Shown: positions 1 to 14,579, counted from the stretch's first letter. The stretch is 64,000 nt of DNA from Mustelus asterias (GCF_964213995.1 NC_135808.1:23312001-23376000); one strand, 5' to 3'. The notes: a model not told the origin generated them from the letters alone. Program-made: numbers and translations.

Positions 1-3000
1 TGGCTAATTCCCCGAACCAATACATCTTGGGTCACTGAGGGGCAATTTAGCCTGGCCAATCCTAACCAGTGGGAGGAAACTGGATCACCCAGACGAAACC
101 CACACGGACATGGGGAGGACGTGCAAACTCCACACAGGCAGTCACCCGAGGCTAGAATTGAACCCTGGTCCCTGGCACTGTGGGGGACAGCAATGCAGGT
201 GCCAAAGTGCCCACCCTTCAATATGCAATCAGGAAAGCAAATGGTACCTTGATGTTGCAAAGGGATTGGAGAACAGAAAAAAGAATTCTTGTCACAAATG
301 TAAAGACTTTTGCTAACACCACACCTGCAATTCTGTGCAGATGTTTTCCAGGCAGATGTACAGAGTACGTTTCCTTCTCCGAATCTTGGAGCAATCGGGA
401 TTTTCAAATGAGGAAAAGTTGAGCAGGTTGGGATTTATTCATTGGAGTTTAGAAAAATGAGAGGTAATCTCACTGAAACATTAGATTCTGATAGGGATTG
501 ATAAGGTAGATACTGAAAGATTCTTTCTGTTCGTGAGCAATAAAACATGAGGGCACAGCCTCAGGATAAGAGGTGAATCATTTAAGATGAGGAAAATTTT
601 CTTCACTGAAAGGATTGTGAATCTTTGGGATTCTCTACCCCAGGGAATTGTGGATGCATCATTACTGAATATATTGAAGACAGACAGATTTGTGGTGTCT
701 CAGCGAATGGAGGTGCACAGAGAGTAGGAGTGAAAATGGAGATGAGGTAGAAAATCAGCTCTGATTGTGTTGAATGATGGAACAGGCGCAAGAGGATGAA
801 GGGATTATTCCTTCTGTTATCTCTCATGTTCTTTCCTGACTGAGGATTAATATCTCACCCTGGCACTTCCAACTCACAACTCATCACCCACAGAAATCAC
901 TGCACACAGAGGGACCAGCACTATCAGCACCTCTGTGATGTTGTCCCTCATTGTGTGAGCTGTGTCCTGTATTGATACTGTCTCTCAGTCTGTGAGCTGT
1001 GTCCTGTATTAATACTGTACCTCTCAGTGTGTGAGCTGTGTCCTGTACTGATCCTGTCCCTCTCAGTGTGTGAGCTGTGTCCTGTACTGATCCTGTCCCT
1101 CTCAGTGTGTGAGCTCTGTGCTGTACTTGATTTGAAAAAGGTAATAGGTGATAAGGCAGAGTGAAATTGAAAGGTAAAATGGTGCACAAAGAAACAGTAT
1201 TTGGAGATTTGATGCTTGGATCAGAGTAGGGAAATTTGAATGTTTGGGAGAAAGTCGAAAGGAAGAAACAAATAGTGCGAGATCACGGAGATGTGAGACC
1301 AAAGATTAGATGATTGAATCAGGATGAAGAAATGGATCTCGCTGCTTTTCAGAAATGGGCCGTTGATGTCTGGTTGGTGGAATATCAGAAGCAGGTTAGA
1401 AAAAAGAAATTGAACACTGTCGCTGCAAGAGTGGGTCAGAGGTTGGGAATTTGGTGGAGAGTAACTCAGCTCCTCGGCAAAATGCTATTTAGGAAGTCGG
1501 TGCAGACTCGATGGGCCGAATGGCCTCCTTCTGCACGACAAGGATTCTATGGTTGAGTTTATTCAGACAACAACTGAAGAGAGGGAGAGGGGAGGGGGAG
1601 ATTGTTGATGTTCTGTGAATTCCGTGTTGAAGTTGGAAGATTCTGGGTGAACTGAGGCAGTTTGATGCTGTTGTCCGGATTGTAACCGCGGGGAGACAGA
1701 CCTGGGGCAATGCCATTGAGATGATGGAAAATGAGCTGCGGGATTGACTGTTGTCGGAAAGAGAGAAAGTTAAAATAAGTTTCAAATCGAAACAGTGACT
1801 GAAGCGGATCCTCGGCTTCCGGGTGGGAGAAATTAAACAGGAAAATTCCAGTGAAATAGAAATTAGAGTGAGTGAAAGGAAATTCAGCTTGTGTCCCCAG
1901 AATTGAGAAAATAAAACAAGTTACACTTTTTAGGTTGAGAAAGTTTGTAGAAGTTTTGGAATTGAAACACACTCTGTTGGAAACTCCGCCCTCTGTCGTT
2001 TCAATGTAACAATCTTCAATGTTTCCTTTTCTGTTATTTGTGAAACGCGGTTTTCCCTTAATTTCAACAACAGACATTCGTGAAGTGAGAAGATGTGATG
2101 GAATTTATTTTATCCCCTTTTAAAAGGCACGTGCTACATTTGTCAGGTTGAAAAGATCCAGAGTGAAACTTGAAGTGATGTGAGAAAGAATTGTGTGTAC
2201 AGATGTGTGTGTGTAAACTCCCTGTTAGTGAATGAGGAAAGGCTGTGTGAATGCTCTGTGTTGCTGTTCCTTCAGACCGGCTCCAACTCTGATGTGTTTT
2301 CCTGAAAGTGGTTAGGTCTAAAGGGGAAATAACAGTTAAAAGTTTTGAAACTGGAAACTTGTTGCCGCTCCAATGAAACTCTATTGAAGCTGGTGAAGCA
2401 TGTGGGATTTCTAATCCAGATACAAATTCACATCTGTCAGAGTGGAGTCGTTTCTTAAATTTTGGCGGTGTAATTTCGAATTGAGGAGCGGAATTTAAGG
2501 CGATTGTTGGTGGATTATCCTTGTGTTTAAAATCTCCATAAAACTCACCCTGGGGAACAATCGGGACTGTATCTTCTGATCTATTTTGCTCCAAGGTTTT
2601 TATTCGGAAATATCCAGTTTGAAATGGTGAATCCACAAGACTTGAAGAAATATCTTTGTTCTGCTGAAACCGCCATTACTCTGAGAACATTGTAACCCAG
2701 TCTCTTTTTGAAATCGCGGTGATAATGATTCCTTCACCGAACGTGTTCTAATTTAGAATTAACCCATTCAGCTCCGAGCAGGATGAGCCTTTTCTGTTTT
2801 ATAAACACACACACATCCGCACAGGTAACAATTGTGTCCAATAATTCAAAGTGTAACAATATTTCCAACAGTGACAAGAATTGGAAACTTAGCTGCAGAT
2901 ACCAATTTGTACAAAGACTTTGATATTTCAAAGATATTTGTGATTTGCCAAGACAGAGTGCTTGGGAATGGGAGATCTTGACTTGAGCACACTATCCAAT

Positions 3001-4017
3001 GGAGTTTTTATTTAAGTATTTTATCAGTGTCACAAGTCGGCTTACATTAACACTGCAATTAAGTTACTGTGAAAATCCCCGAGTCGCTACACTCAGGCAC
3101 CTGTTGAGGGAGAATTTAGCATGGTCAATGCACCTCACCAGCACATCTTTTGGACTGTGGGAGGAAACCCACACAGACACGGACAGAACGTGTCTCAACC
3201 TCTTATATACCTCTATTAGGTGTCCTCTCATCCTAAATCTCCTCTCCACCCACACAGGCAGTGACCCAAGCCGGGAATCGAACCTGGGTCCTTGGTGCTG
3301 CCCCATTGCACTCACTTAAAGAAACATGAAAAAGGGGCAGAAGAAATTGGAATTCACAAATTCATCACATGTGAATTAATATTTTAAAATGCTTGAGGAG
3401 AAATTTGCTGGGATTTAAAATACACTTTTGCTCCTTTCTATGAATGTTCAGAAGTAAACTATACATGGGGCTTTCTCAATTTGAGATTATTTGAAAAATG
3501 TATCATTTAATCTTCTGCTGAAGTAATGAGATGTCACCGAAGATAAGGAGCAAACATGTTAGTGCCAGAAATCAAATTCAAAGTCAAAAAATTATATTTG
3601 ACTGTCAACATTATCCAGGGCTCCCTGTTGAGGTAGGATGGAAAATAATGGGATGTTTGTCCAAGGAGAGTGATTGAGAGAGAGATGTAGTGTTAGGAAA
3701 CATACACATTGCACACATATTAGCATCATCATGGGTGTAATCTGGTATTGAGATATATTTCACAGAAAGGAAAATAGTTTAGACTGGTAATTTGCTGACT
3801 TACTCTTGGTGATGTTTGTGCCCTTGTATAGAGGAAGGTTTCTAACCAGCTCATAAGATTTTTAGACAGAATGCGTTCTCTCAAAAGACAGAACACAAGT
3901 AAAGAGTTAAATGATTCTTACAACAAGCTAACAAAAATCGTTTACACATATGTAAATGCAGAATCAGAATCAAACAAGTAGTTATGATTTCAAAACATAT
4001 ATATTGATATTTTAGTC

Positions 4018-5778
4018 ATATAGAAACATAGAAACACAGAAAATCTACAGCACAAAACAGGCCCTTCGGCCCCACAAGTTGTGCTGAACATATCCCTACC
4101 TTTTAGGCCTACCTATAACCCTCCATCCTATTAAGTCCCATGTACTCATCCAGGAGTCTCTTAAAAGACCCTATTGAGTTTGCCTCCACCAACACTGACG
4201 GCAGCTGATTCCACTCGCCCACCACCCTGTGTGAAAAGCTTCCCCCTAACATTTCCCCTGTACCTACCCCCCAGCACCTTAAACCTGTGTCCTCTCATAG
4301 CAGCCATTTCCACCCTGGGAAAAAGCCTCTGAGAGTCCACCCGATCTATGCCTCTCAACCTCTTATATACCTCTATTAGGTCTCCTCTCATCCTACGTCT
4401 CTCCAAGAAGAAAAGACCGAGCTCCCTCAGCCTATCCTCATAAGGCATGCCACTCAATCCAGACAACATCCTTGTAAATCTCCTCTCCACCCTTTCAATC
4501 TTTTCCACATCCTTCCTGTAATGAGGTGACCAGAACTGAGCACAGTACTCCAAGTGGGGTCTGACGAGGGTCTTATATAGCTGCATCATTATCACCGGAC
4601 TCCTCAACTCAATCCATCAATTGATAAAGGCCAGCACACCATATGCCTTCTTGACCACCTCCTCCACCTGCGGGGCCAATTTTAGAGTCCTATGGACCCG
4701 GACCCCAACGTCCTTCTGATCCTCTACCGTACTAAGTCTTTCCCTTCATATTGTACTCCTTCATCCCATTCGACCTGCCAAAATGGACCACTACGCATTT
4801 ATCTGGGTTGAAGTCCATCTGCCACTTCTCCACCCAGTCTTGCATCCTATCTATGTCCCTCTGTAACTTCTGACATCCCTCCAGACTATTCACAACCCCA
4901 CCAACCTTCGTGTCATCGGCAAACTTACCAACCCATCCCTCCACTTCCTCATCCAGGTCATTTATGAAAATGACAAACGGCAAGGGTCCCAGAACAGATC
5001 CCTGGGGCACACCACTGGTGACCGACCTCCAATTAGAAAAAGACCCATCTATACCCACTCTCTGCCTCCTTTGGGCAAGCCAGTTCTGGATCCACAGGGC
5101 AGCAGCCCCTTGAATCCCATGCCCTCTCACTTTTTCGAGAAGCCTTGCATGGGGGACCTTATCGAACGCCTTGCTAAAATCCATATAAACCACATCTACC
5201 GCTTTCCCTTCGTCAATGTGTTTAGTCACATTTTCAAAGAACTCCACCAGGCTCGGAAGAAACGATCTGCCTTTGACAAAGGCATCTGAGTATTCTTGAG
5301 CATACTAAACCTCTCTAAATGCTCATAAATCCTGTCCCTCAGGATCTTCTCCATCAGCTTACCAACCACTGAGGTTAGACTCACCGGTCGATAATTTCCT
5401 GGACTATCTCTATTCCCCTTCTTGAAAATAGGAACCACATCCACAATCCTCCGGCACCGCTCCCATCTCCATCGACGACGCAAAGATCATCGCCAGAGGC
5501 TCTGCAATCTCTTCCCTCGCCTCCCACAGTAACCTGGGGTACATCCCATCCAGACCCGGCGACTTATCTATCTTGATGCCATTCAAAGATTTCAGCATAA
5601 CCTCTTTGTTGAAGTCCACAAACTCAATCTTTTCAGTCCACCGCAGGCCCACAGTACATCCACCCATGTCCTTCTCCTCTGAGAAAACCGAGGCAAAATA
5701 CTCATTAAGCACCTCTGCCATTTCTACTGGTTCCGTACTGATTTTCCCGCCTTCACCTTTGATAGGCCCTATTCCGAT
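4018..5778 (-). mobile_element. CR1 LINE, 5'-truncated, copy A only
   Basis: RT motifs KSPGLDG, GVPQGSVLGP, FADDTK; microsatellite tail at ~4018-4045; empty site at ~37765. Confidence 0.93.
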
Positions 5779-8700
5779 ATCTTAAATGTATTATTCACAT
5801 CAGCCAAAGCGAGCTCCCGCAAGTTATGATGGTAAAGGCGAATATTTTAAAACCAAAGGCCTGGGAACCTAATAATTAGAAAAATTCACATCAGAAAGTT
5901 TCATAACTCAAACAATATTATGAATAAGGTTCAGTCACTGTCCACACAGAATAGATATGTTCCTGGACATGGGATCACATGTCTAGCCATCTTGGCAGTG
6001 AGTTGGTGGGAACATCCACTTTCACCTCTGCAGTAGTGTCTATCGTAACCTGGCAACAGTGAAGTAGCTTCAGCCAAGAAGAGAGTTAGCGTCCGGATTT
6101 AATGGATGAATGAGATACCATTATTCTGGAAGGCACAATGCAGTTGGCTGAGGTACTTGACAGAGATTTATATTTATGTGCATACACAATTTAATTGATT
6201 TTAATGTCAGGTGGGAATGATTGATAAGAAAAAAACTATAATTGATCTGTTTTTGATTGTATATGCCAGATCTATTGAAGAGGTTTTGTCACTCTGCAAC
6301 AGAGCTACTTAATCCTTTGGTGGTCTCCAGGCAGCTGCTTGTTTTTCTTTTAAATAAATGTTATGTCTTTATACAGAGATATCTGCCTCGTGAGTTTTGT
6401 ATTGTCTATAGTTTAAGATTGCACCGGTCATCTTGAAATACCCCACAACACCTTGTCCATGATAGTTTAGAATAAAATAACAATTGACAGGCTGGTCACT
6501 ATGAAAGGCCATGGGACCATGCAGTGGGGTGTAAGCAAAGACCCCACAACAGGACCCCTGTCTCCCCTTCCCTGCCACTCCCCCCCTCCCCATTGCCCAG
6601 AAATAATGTTAGGATCTGAATGCGAGTGTGATTGGATGAGTGTCATTCTGTTACGTGTGAAGGAGGAACTATACGATCAGTGAGGAGAAGCTTCAGTCTG
6701 AGTGAGACAGAGAGCAAAGGAGTAAATTTGGGAATGTGGTTCCAAGTGGAAATTTAACTCGGAAATCTTTTGCACGTTCAGTTTTCGAGTAAAGGCCAAA
6801 TTCTGACCTAAAACCAGCAGCCTTCAAGTAAGTTAAATAGCCCAGCTGCCCCGGGCTGTCTGTCGGTGTGTATCTTCTGTGAAAACTATTGTTGGAAGGT
6901 GAAAACAGAAGTAAAAGTCAGCAAGCACACCCACAGTACCCCTGCAATGGCCATTTTACAGGTATATCTCAAATCTCTCTCTCTCCCTGACTGTGGAATT
7001 CAGGCAAGTCAGCAAGGAATGCACCTGAAAAGAAAACTGGGAAGCTTCACCACCAAACTACAGAACACTGGATTCACAAAACCGACTCTTCACCTGCTGA
7101 AGCCAACTCCACTGGGAGCTTGAATCGCAACGGCTGCACCGCTCAATCAGACTCAACTCACAGCTTTTGCTTCTCAGACCACACCGCTACTCTGAACAGG
7201 CGGCACAGGGACACATCCACAGGCCGCATTGGACACAGCATCTTATTTGGCCAAATCTAGAGAGATCTACCCAGCAGACACCCCATCTCCTGGGTCTGGG
7301 CAGCACAGTGGTTAGCACTGCTGCCACACAGCGCCAGGGACCTGGGTTCAATTCCGGCTTGAGCAACTGTCTGTGCCGAGTCTGCACGTTCTCCCCGTGT
7401 CTGCGTGGGTTTTCTCCGGGTGCTCTGGTTTCCTCCCACATTCCAAAAGTTGTGCTGTTTAGGTGCACTGGAAATGCTAAATTCTCCCTCAGTGTAACTG
7501 AACAGGCGCCAGAGGATTTTCACAGTAAACCTCATTGCAACGTTAACGTAAGTCTACTTGTGACACTAATAAATAAACTGGAAACTTTAACTTTTGTTCA
7601 GCACCCTCTATCCCGCTTCCCCGCCCCCCCCCCCCCCCCGCCCCACCTCCCGCCCCCTCACCCCAACCATTTGCAAACCCCAAGGCAGCTCTGTCGAAGA
7701 GGATGCAGCAGTGGGGCAAGGCTACAGTGATACAGATGAAATGGGTACATGAACATTGCACAGTCTTCACCTCGATCCTGCTGGGTCATTTCCAAAGGCA
7801 TTTAAGAGACAACCACATTGCTGTGGGTCTGGAGTCACATGTAGGGCAGACCAGGTAAGGACAGCAGATTTCCATCCTTCAAGGACATTAGTGAACAAGA
7901 TGGGTTTTTACAACAGTCGGCAATGGCTTCGTGATCATCATTAGACTTTATTTTTGATTGAGTTCAATTTCCATCCTCTACCATAATGGGATTCAACCCA
8001 GATTCCCAGAGCTTTATCCTGTGTCTCTGGATTCCTATCCAGTGACAATACCTCGACACTGTCAGCAGCCCAAACTCCATGTGGAAGTACCGGGCATGTA
8101 TCACACAGCTTGATGTGTGGTGGGTTATCAAAATCAGGAATTACTGCTTGGGGAGGTGGAACTGGATAGGAACACAAAGGTCACCTTCCTGCATCTTCCA
8201 GATTTTAATCTGGAATGAGAGGCTGGAATGGCAAAAGATCATTGTGATCCAGCTAAAGAGATGTGCAAAGAACTGATTTAATCTTCACTAATAATACTAT
8301 GAGGTGATTTTTTTTCTAAAGTCCATGCACACATATTCACTAAATGTTCCCATCACCGTCTGTTACCACCGCTTGATGTGCATTCCTGACCTTGCAAAGG
8401 TCCCTCTGCTGTGAGAGCAGAGAGGACTGTCACTCAGCCTCTGCTGTTCTCAGCCAGCCTCTCTGGCCCAAACACAGCACCCCGTCCCCAGCTACTGTCG
8501 GGACCAGTGGCCTATTGTGACCCTCTCGCCTGCTTGGACCGATCTACTCTAGCAATTCCCCCCTCCCCCCCAACCTCCTCGGACAGATCGACCTCGTGAT
8601 GCCTCTTCCCACCACAATAGCCAGCCCAAACCACCCCCTGCCCTCCCCCCACCATGGCCAGCCCGGTGCATGCCACTCCCTCCCCCACTGATCGCTGTGA

Positions 8701-9529
8701 CACAGTAGCTCCTCCCCTCCCCCCACCCCTCCAACCCACCCCACCAGCATCATCATTTGGACGCTTGGTCTGGCCCTATCCACAATAAGCCCTGCCCCCT
8801 CAGGCCCCACCTTCTGATGCCCAGTTGGCAGTGCCAGGGTGCCAGACTGGCACTGCCCAAGGGGCACCCTCCCTGCCAGCTACTGCTGGCGGGGAGCCAC
8901 AAGGCCTCTATTTCTACCAGTGAGGCCATTACATCTGGTCCCCATTGGTGGGGGCCAGCTGTGATTCTCGCTGGAGAGAATCTCTCCCGGTGAGGCCACA
9001 GAGGAAAGTGAACCCAGACGATAACGTCCCAGGCTCATGAATTCAATGCAAAAGATATGTAAATTTTATTTAAATGATTTATTCAGCCTTGCCCCGGAAA
9101 TGGATGCGAGGCTGACCTCGCCGGATGTCTGGTGTGGGTAAGATCGCAACAGGGGAGAAATCGGGCGTGAACCTGATTTCTCGACTTGCTCACGATATTA
9201 CCGACTCACCCCGACCATCAGCCAGTGGGGCACAAAGGGAAGATCACCTCCCTCGACAGGATCAACAGAGTGAAAGTGTTAATGATCATACAGAAGCTGC
9301 TATGAGGGAAACCACTGGCCTCTATTAAAGCTTCCCAGATAAGCGTCAAGGCCAAGACACAAGGAAGGAAAGCCTAGAATAGAGGTTCATTTATTAACAA
9401 AGGCTATTAGACTGAAAGAGTTCATTCAATTAGACATCTGGACATGGGAGAGGTATTTGATATCTACAAACCCAGACTCAAGCTAGGATGTTACAGATAA
9501 CTTGTAACAACATGAATTCATAGAATCAT

Positions 9530-9845
9530 AGAATCCTTACAGTGCAGAAGGAGGCCATTTGGCCCATCGAGTCTGCACCGACCACAATCCCACCAGGCCC
9601 TATTCCTGTCACACCACATATTTATCCTGCTAATCCCCCTGACATTAGGGTCAATTTATCATGGTCAATCAACCTAACCCGCACATCTTTGGACTGTGGG
9701 CGGAAACCGGAGCACCCGGAGGAAACCCACACAGGCACAGGGAGAATGTGCAAACTCCACACAGACAGTGACCCGAGGCCGGAATTGAACCCTGGCTCGG
9801 GTGTAGTGAGGCAGCAGTGCTAACCACTGTGCCACCGTGCTGCCC
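9530..9845 (-). mobile_element. HE1-like SINE (paralog ~41175-41490)
   Basis: Reverse complement of the same SINE consensus. Confidence 0.85.
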
Positions 9846-9910
9846 CACTGTGCCACCTCTATTAGGTCAGCTAACATGATTAAATCTTCATGCTAATTGG
9901 ATATTATAAT

Positions 9911-10787
9911 TGTTATAATCCAGGTCAGAAACTCCAAGGTATTTTATGAAGTCAGCCTGAACCATAAGTTTTACACTTTGAATTTGGCTGGGGGAAGCAT
10001 GAGATGTTTCACTTCAGCTATGATTTAAATGACCCACTAGGGAGCTTTAATCAAACAAAGTTTCTTTAAGAATACAGTTAACAAATAGAATGAAAATGTG
10101 CAATAACCTTTACTATTACAAACAAGAAAAAACATAACCATGATATTGTATAAACCTTAACAACGAAATACACTGTTCCAATACAACAAACATCCTTATA
10201 AACATACACCTGCCTCAGGTTTAGCACAGAAAATAAGAATACTCACGCGGTTTTGCAGCTCAGCAATGCCTGCTGTGAATTAGTCCTTTGGATAGAATTG
10301 AAACTCTGGCGTCTCAGCCTTGTAACTTCCAGCAGACGTTGAGGTAGAGATAAAGCCACTGCTGGCCTCTAGCTATTAACCAGCAAACCACTGACAGCAA
10401 GGTTTTCACTCCAGGAAGGCAAGAAAAACTGCTTCCAACAAAGCAGAATTTCTAATAACAGGGAGAGAGGCACGGAAATACCGCCTTTCAGTCTGAAGTC
10501 CAAACACCTTCCAACTAAAAAAGCAGCCAGCAGCCCAAACCACTTGTCACCTGACCTATCAATCATTCTTCCCTCTAACAATTGAAAAGGGTTGCAAACT
10601 CGTAAAGCTCCAGGACATCACAGTAGGCCCAGATTAAGAATAAACAAAACCCCATTTAAACCATTTAGGCAGCAATAAAAGGACACCTAAGCACAAAAGT
10701 TGGCAACAATGAAAAAAAACAGCTGCCGACAAACTGCAGAAAACATGATTTAAATAATACATTTCTGAAAGGCACAGTAGTGTCACA
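9911..10787 (-). mobile_element. Solo LTR, same family as 52489-53336
   Basis: TG...CA ends, degenerate TAAT TSD; reverse complement resembles 53150-53336. Confidence 0.78.
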
Positions 10788-11272
10788 TAGTTAAACAGGC
10801 ATGCAACGGTGGTGATTGGTGTTTAACATTTGTATCATATGCATGTTGTAACCTGAATCAATAATTGTGAGTGGATAGAGATAGCTCCCATACCTTGATT
10901 GGTATGTTAGTTACTTGTAATCGTGTCTGCAAGTATAACTGCTTGTGCAATTCTGAATTCTGTACTCTGGCTGCATTTCTGGGATCCTTGCTATATAGCT
11001 CGCATATCGAACAGATGTCTGATTTGGTTTGGCTACATCAAGGGAAAAAAGTTGTAACAACTTGAAAAGGCTGATCACCAAAAAGCCCCACAACACAGGG
11101 CAGATCAGAGTAGCTTAAACAATGTAACTCCAGATAGAGCAATGCCTGAGAGCCCATCACCTCTAGAATCTGCACAGGGTAAACAAGGCAGATCAGAATA
11201 GCTTAAACAGTGCAGCTCCTGATAGAGCAATGCCTGACAACCCATAACCTCTAGAATCAGTGCAGGGTAAAC

Positions 11273-11365
11273 AATGAATCGCCTGAAGAAGGAGCAGCGA
11301 TACAAAAGCTCGTGATCCCAAATAAACCTCTTGGACTTTAACTTGGTGTTGTGAGACTTCTTACT
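11273..11365 (+). mobile_element. Short Penelope terminal-repeat fragment with degenerate hammerhead (paralog at ~42926-43018)
   Basis: CTGAAGAAGGAGC..AAAAGCTCGTGAT..CCAAATAAACC..TTGGACTTTAAC..GAGACTTCTTACT matches 24023-24112; flanked by repeated AGAATC.GTGCAGGGTAAACA. Confidence 0.7.
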
Positions 11366-12087
11366 CCAGAATCTGTGCAGGGTAAACAGGTCAGGTCAGA
11401 ACAGCTTCAAAAGTGCAGCTCCAGATAGAGCAATTCCTGACAAACTATTGCCACAGTTCCGTTCACAGAGAGTCACATATGCAGTGTTTAAATCAGTCAG
11501 TCGCTGTCATTTCAATTAAATCTTCCCAGATTCTCTCATCCTCTCTGCCGCTGATCTCGGGGCTGGTGTCCCTGGATTACAAACCGGACACTGAGGATGA
11601 GAAAGAAATACATTGCTATAGAGTGAGGCAATCCCAGCAGAAGTGGAACACCCCCAACAAAACCCCTCAGATCCACCCAACTCCCACATATACCAGAAGC
11701 AAAATCCATCAGACCCCTAACACCTAATACTGCAGAAACCTGGAATCGTACAGAGAGTGTAGGGGTGAAATTAAAAGAGAAACCAGGAAAGTAAAGTGAG
11801 AGCATGAAAAATGCTGCCAAGAAAATATCAAGAAACCTCCAAGGATGTTCTCTAAGTACATGAAGAGAAAAGGAGAAGGAAAGGGTAGAGTCTGTTGGAG
11901 ACCAATAAGATTGTCCATGTGAGAGGGTGGAGAATGTGGTGAGATTGTGAAGGCAACAGTGGCGTAGTGGTGATATTGCTGGGTTAGTATTCCTGAGGCC
12001 TGGAATAATGTTATTGGAGGACATGGGTTCAAATCCCAGAACGGCAGCTGGTGGGATGTGAATTCAATTAATAAAATCTGAAATTAT

Positions 12088-12435
12088 GGGTGGCACGGTA
12101 GCACAGTGGTTAGCACTGCAGCTTCACAGCTCCAGGGACCTGGGTTCGATTCCGGGCTTGGGTCACTGTCTGTGTGGAGTTTGCACATTCTCCTCGTGTC
12201 TGCGTGGGTTTCCTCTGGGTGCTCCGGTTTCCTCCCACAGTCCAAAGATGTGCGGGTTAGGTCGATTGGCCATGCTAAAATTGCCCCTTAGTGTCCAGAG
12301 ATGTGTAGGTTAGAGGGATTAGCGGGTAAATATGTAGGGATATGGGGGTAGGGCCTTTGGTGGGATTGTAGTCGGTGCAGACTCGATGGGCCCAATGGCC
12401 CCTTTCTGCACTGTAGGGTTTCTATGGTTTCTATG
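12088..12435 (+). mobile_element. tRNA-derived SINE (HE1-like), copy A only
   Basis: GGCACGGTAGCACAGTGGTTAGC A box, GGTTCGATTCC B box, CR1-like TTCTATG tail. Confidence 0.88.
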
Positions 12436-12439
12436 AAAT

Positions 12440-13990
12440 ACATTGCCGCTGTCTTTGGGAAACAGTGAGCAATGCTGCCATTGCACTTAAAGAAGAAGAG
12501 TGTGAATTACTGCATCAGAAAAACATTGTACCAGAGGATGGATTAACAGATTTTAGAGTTTTGAAAGTCGATAAATCTCCTGGTTAAAAGAAGCAAGGGA
12601 GGACATTCAAGAGGCTCTGATCATCAGAATCATCCCTCCCGGGCTACAGGAGTGTGGAAGGAGATTAAAGGACTGCCAACATTACACCATGGATTGAAAA
12701 GGGAATAAAAGGTAACCTGAGTAATTATACACCAGTTAGTGTAACTTCGGTGTTGGAAAAATTATTGGAATCAATTTTGAGGAACGGTGCACACCTTCAT
12801 TTAGACTAAACTGAACTAAAATTTGGAAGAGGTAAGAAGGAGGGTTGATGAGGGCAGTGGGGTGGACGTGGTCAGAGAGATTTTAATAATGCTTTAGACA
12901 AGGTCCCACATGGCGAGCTGGTCAGAAATGTAAAAATCATTGAGATCCAACACACATTGGCAAATCAGACCTCAAATAGCTCAGTGGCAGGAAGCAAAGG
13001 GTTAAGGGGTTTTAGTGACTGCAAGGCTGTGGGAGTTTCAAAGGACCCAGAACTCACGCCTTTGCTTTTTGTAGTTTATATTAACGAATTAGGTTCAAAT
13101 GTAGGGGGAATGATAACGAAGTTTGGAGATGTACAAATATTGCCGATGTGGGTGACAATGAGGAGGAAAACTTCAGACCGCAGGAAGATAGAGATGGTCT
13201 GGGCAGTTGGGAAGAACAGTGGAAAATGGAATTCAATCCGGAGCACTGAGAGGTGATGGATTTTGGGAGGATTAACAAGGCAAAGGGAATCCCCAATAAA
13301 TGGGAGGATAATGAGTAATGTGGAGGAACAGAGGGATCCAGGAGTGTATGTCCACAGACAGGGACAGGTATCAGGTCAGGACAGGTTAATAACATGTTTA
13401 GGAAGGTATATAACATACTCTCCTTTATTAGCAAAGGCACAGAACAGAGTGGTTTTGCTCGAACTGCAAACAACACCAGACAGACGACAGCTGAAGCATT
13501 GCAGACAGTCTGGTCGGCACATTACACAAAAGATGTGATTGTATTGGAGAGAATGTAGAGGAGATTGTTTCATGTGGACAGGACTGGAGAATGTTCACTG
13601 TGAGGAAAGAGCGGATAGGCTGGAATAGGATTCTGTAGAATAGAGGAGGCCGAGGGGAGATTTAATTGGGGTGGATATAATTATGAGGAGCCATGGTAAA
13701 TAGAGATGACACGTTTACCTTAGCAGAGGATCAAAAAACCAGGGGCACAGATTTAAAGTAATGTTAGAAAGATCAGGGGGGAAATGAGGAAAGAGTTTTT
13801 CACCCAGAGGGTGGTAGAGACCTGGGACCCACTGTCTGAAAGGATGGTAGAGGCAGAAACTCTCACCACATTGAATCAATTCTTGGATGTCGAGTTGAAG
13901 AGCTGTGATCAACAGAGCTACAGACCGAGTACAGGAAGGTGAGATTAGGCTGGAGAGCTCTTCATTACGATGGGCTGAATGGCCTCACTG
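12440..13990 (+). mobile_element. Old degenerate CR1 shared by all units (also ~43610-45190, ~61750-63190)
   Basis: Decayed motifs NYTPVSVTS, DKVPHG, FFTQRV. Confidence 0.7.
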
Positions 13991-14029
13991 TCGATCATAA
14001 ATTTTCGACCATTCAACATTCTACCCACA

Positions 14030-14578
14030 CAACACCAGCTAAATCCATCAGAGCCCCAAACACCAGCGAAACCCATCAGACCCCAAACACCAGCTAAACC
14101 CATCAGACCCCAAACACCAGCTAAAAACATCAGACCCCAAACACCAGCTAAAAACATCAGACCCCAAACACCAGCTAAACCCATCAAAGTCCCAAACACC
14201 AGAAAAACCCATCAGAGCCCCGAACACCAGCAAAACCCATCAGAGCCCAAAACACCAGCAAAGCCCATCAAATCCACAAACACCAGCAAAACCCATCAGA
14301 GCCCCAAACACCAGCAAAACCCATCAATTCCACAAACACCAGCAAAACCCATCAGACCCTAAACATCAGCAAAACCCACCAGACCCCCAAACACCAGCTA
14401 AACCCATCAGAGCCCCAAACACCAGCAAAACTCATCAGACCCCAAACACCAGCAAAACCCATCAATTCCACAAACACCAGCAAAACCCATCAGACCCCCA
14501 AACACCAGCTAAACCCATCAGATCCCCAATCACCAGCTAAACCCATCAGAGCCCCAAACACCAACAAAATGCATCAGT
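14030..14578. repeat. 27-28-bp minisatellite (continues 16165-16315; paralogs 45225-45842, 63215-63297)
   Basis: Unit AAACCCATCAGACCCC(C)AAACACCAGCT. Confidence 0.95.
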
Positions 14579-14579
14579 C

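Noticed and set aside
12088-12165. tRNA-like A and B boxes
   Set aside because: Heads of HE1-like SINEs, not tRNA genes.
13979-14362. Pro-rich QTPAKPIRP ORF resembling a mucin or extensin
   Set aside because: 27-28-bp minisatellite with unit-length variation that breaks frame.
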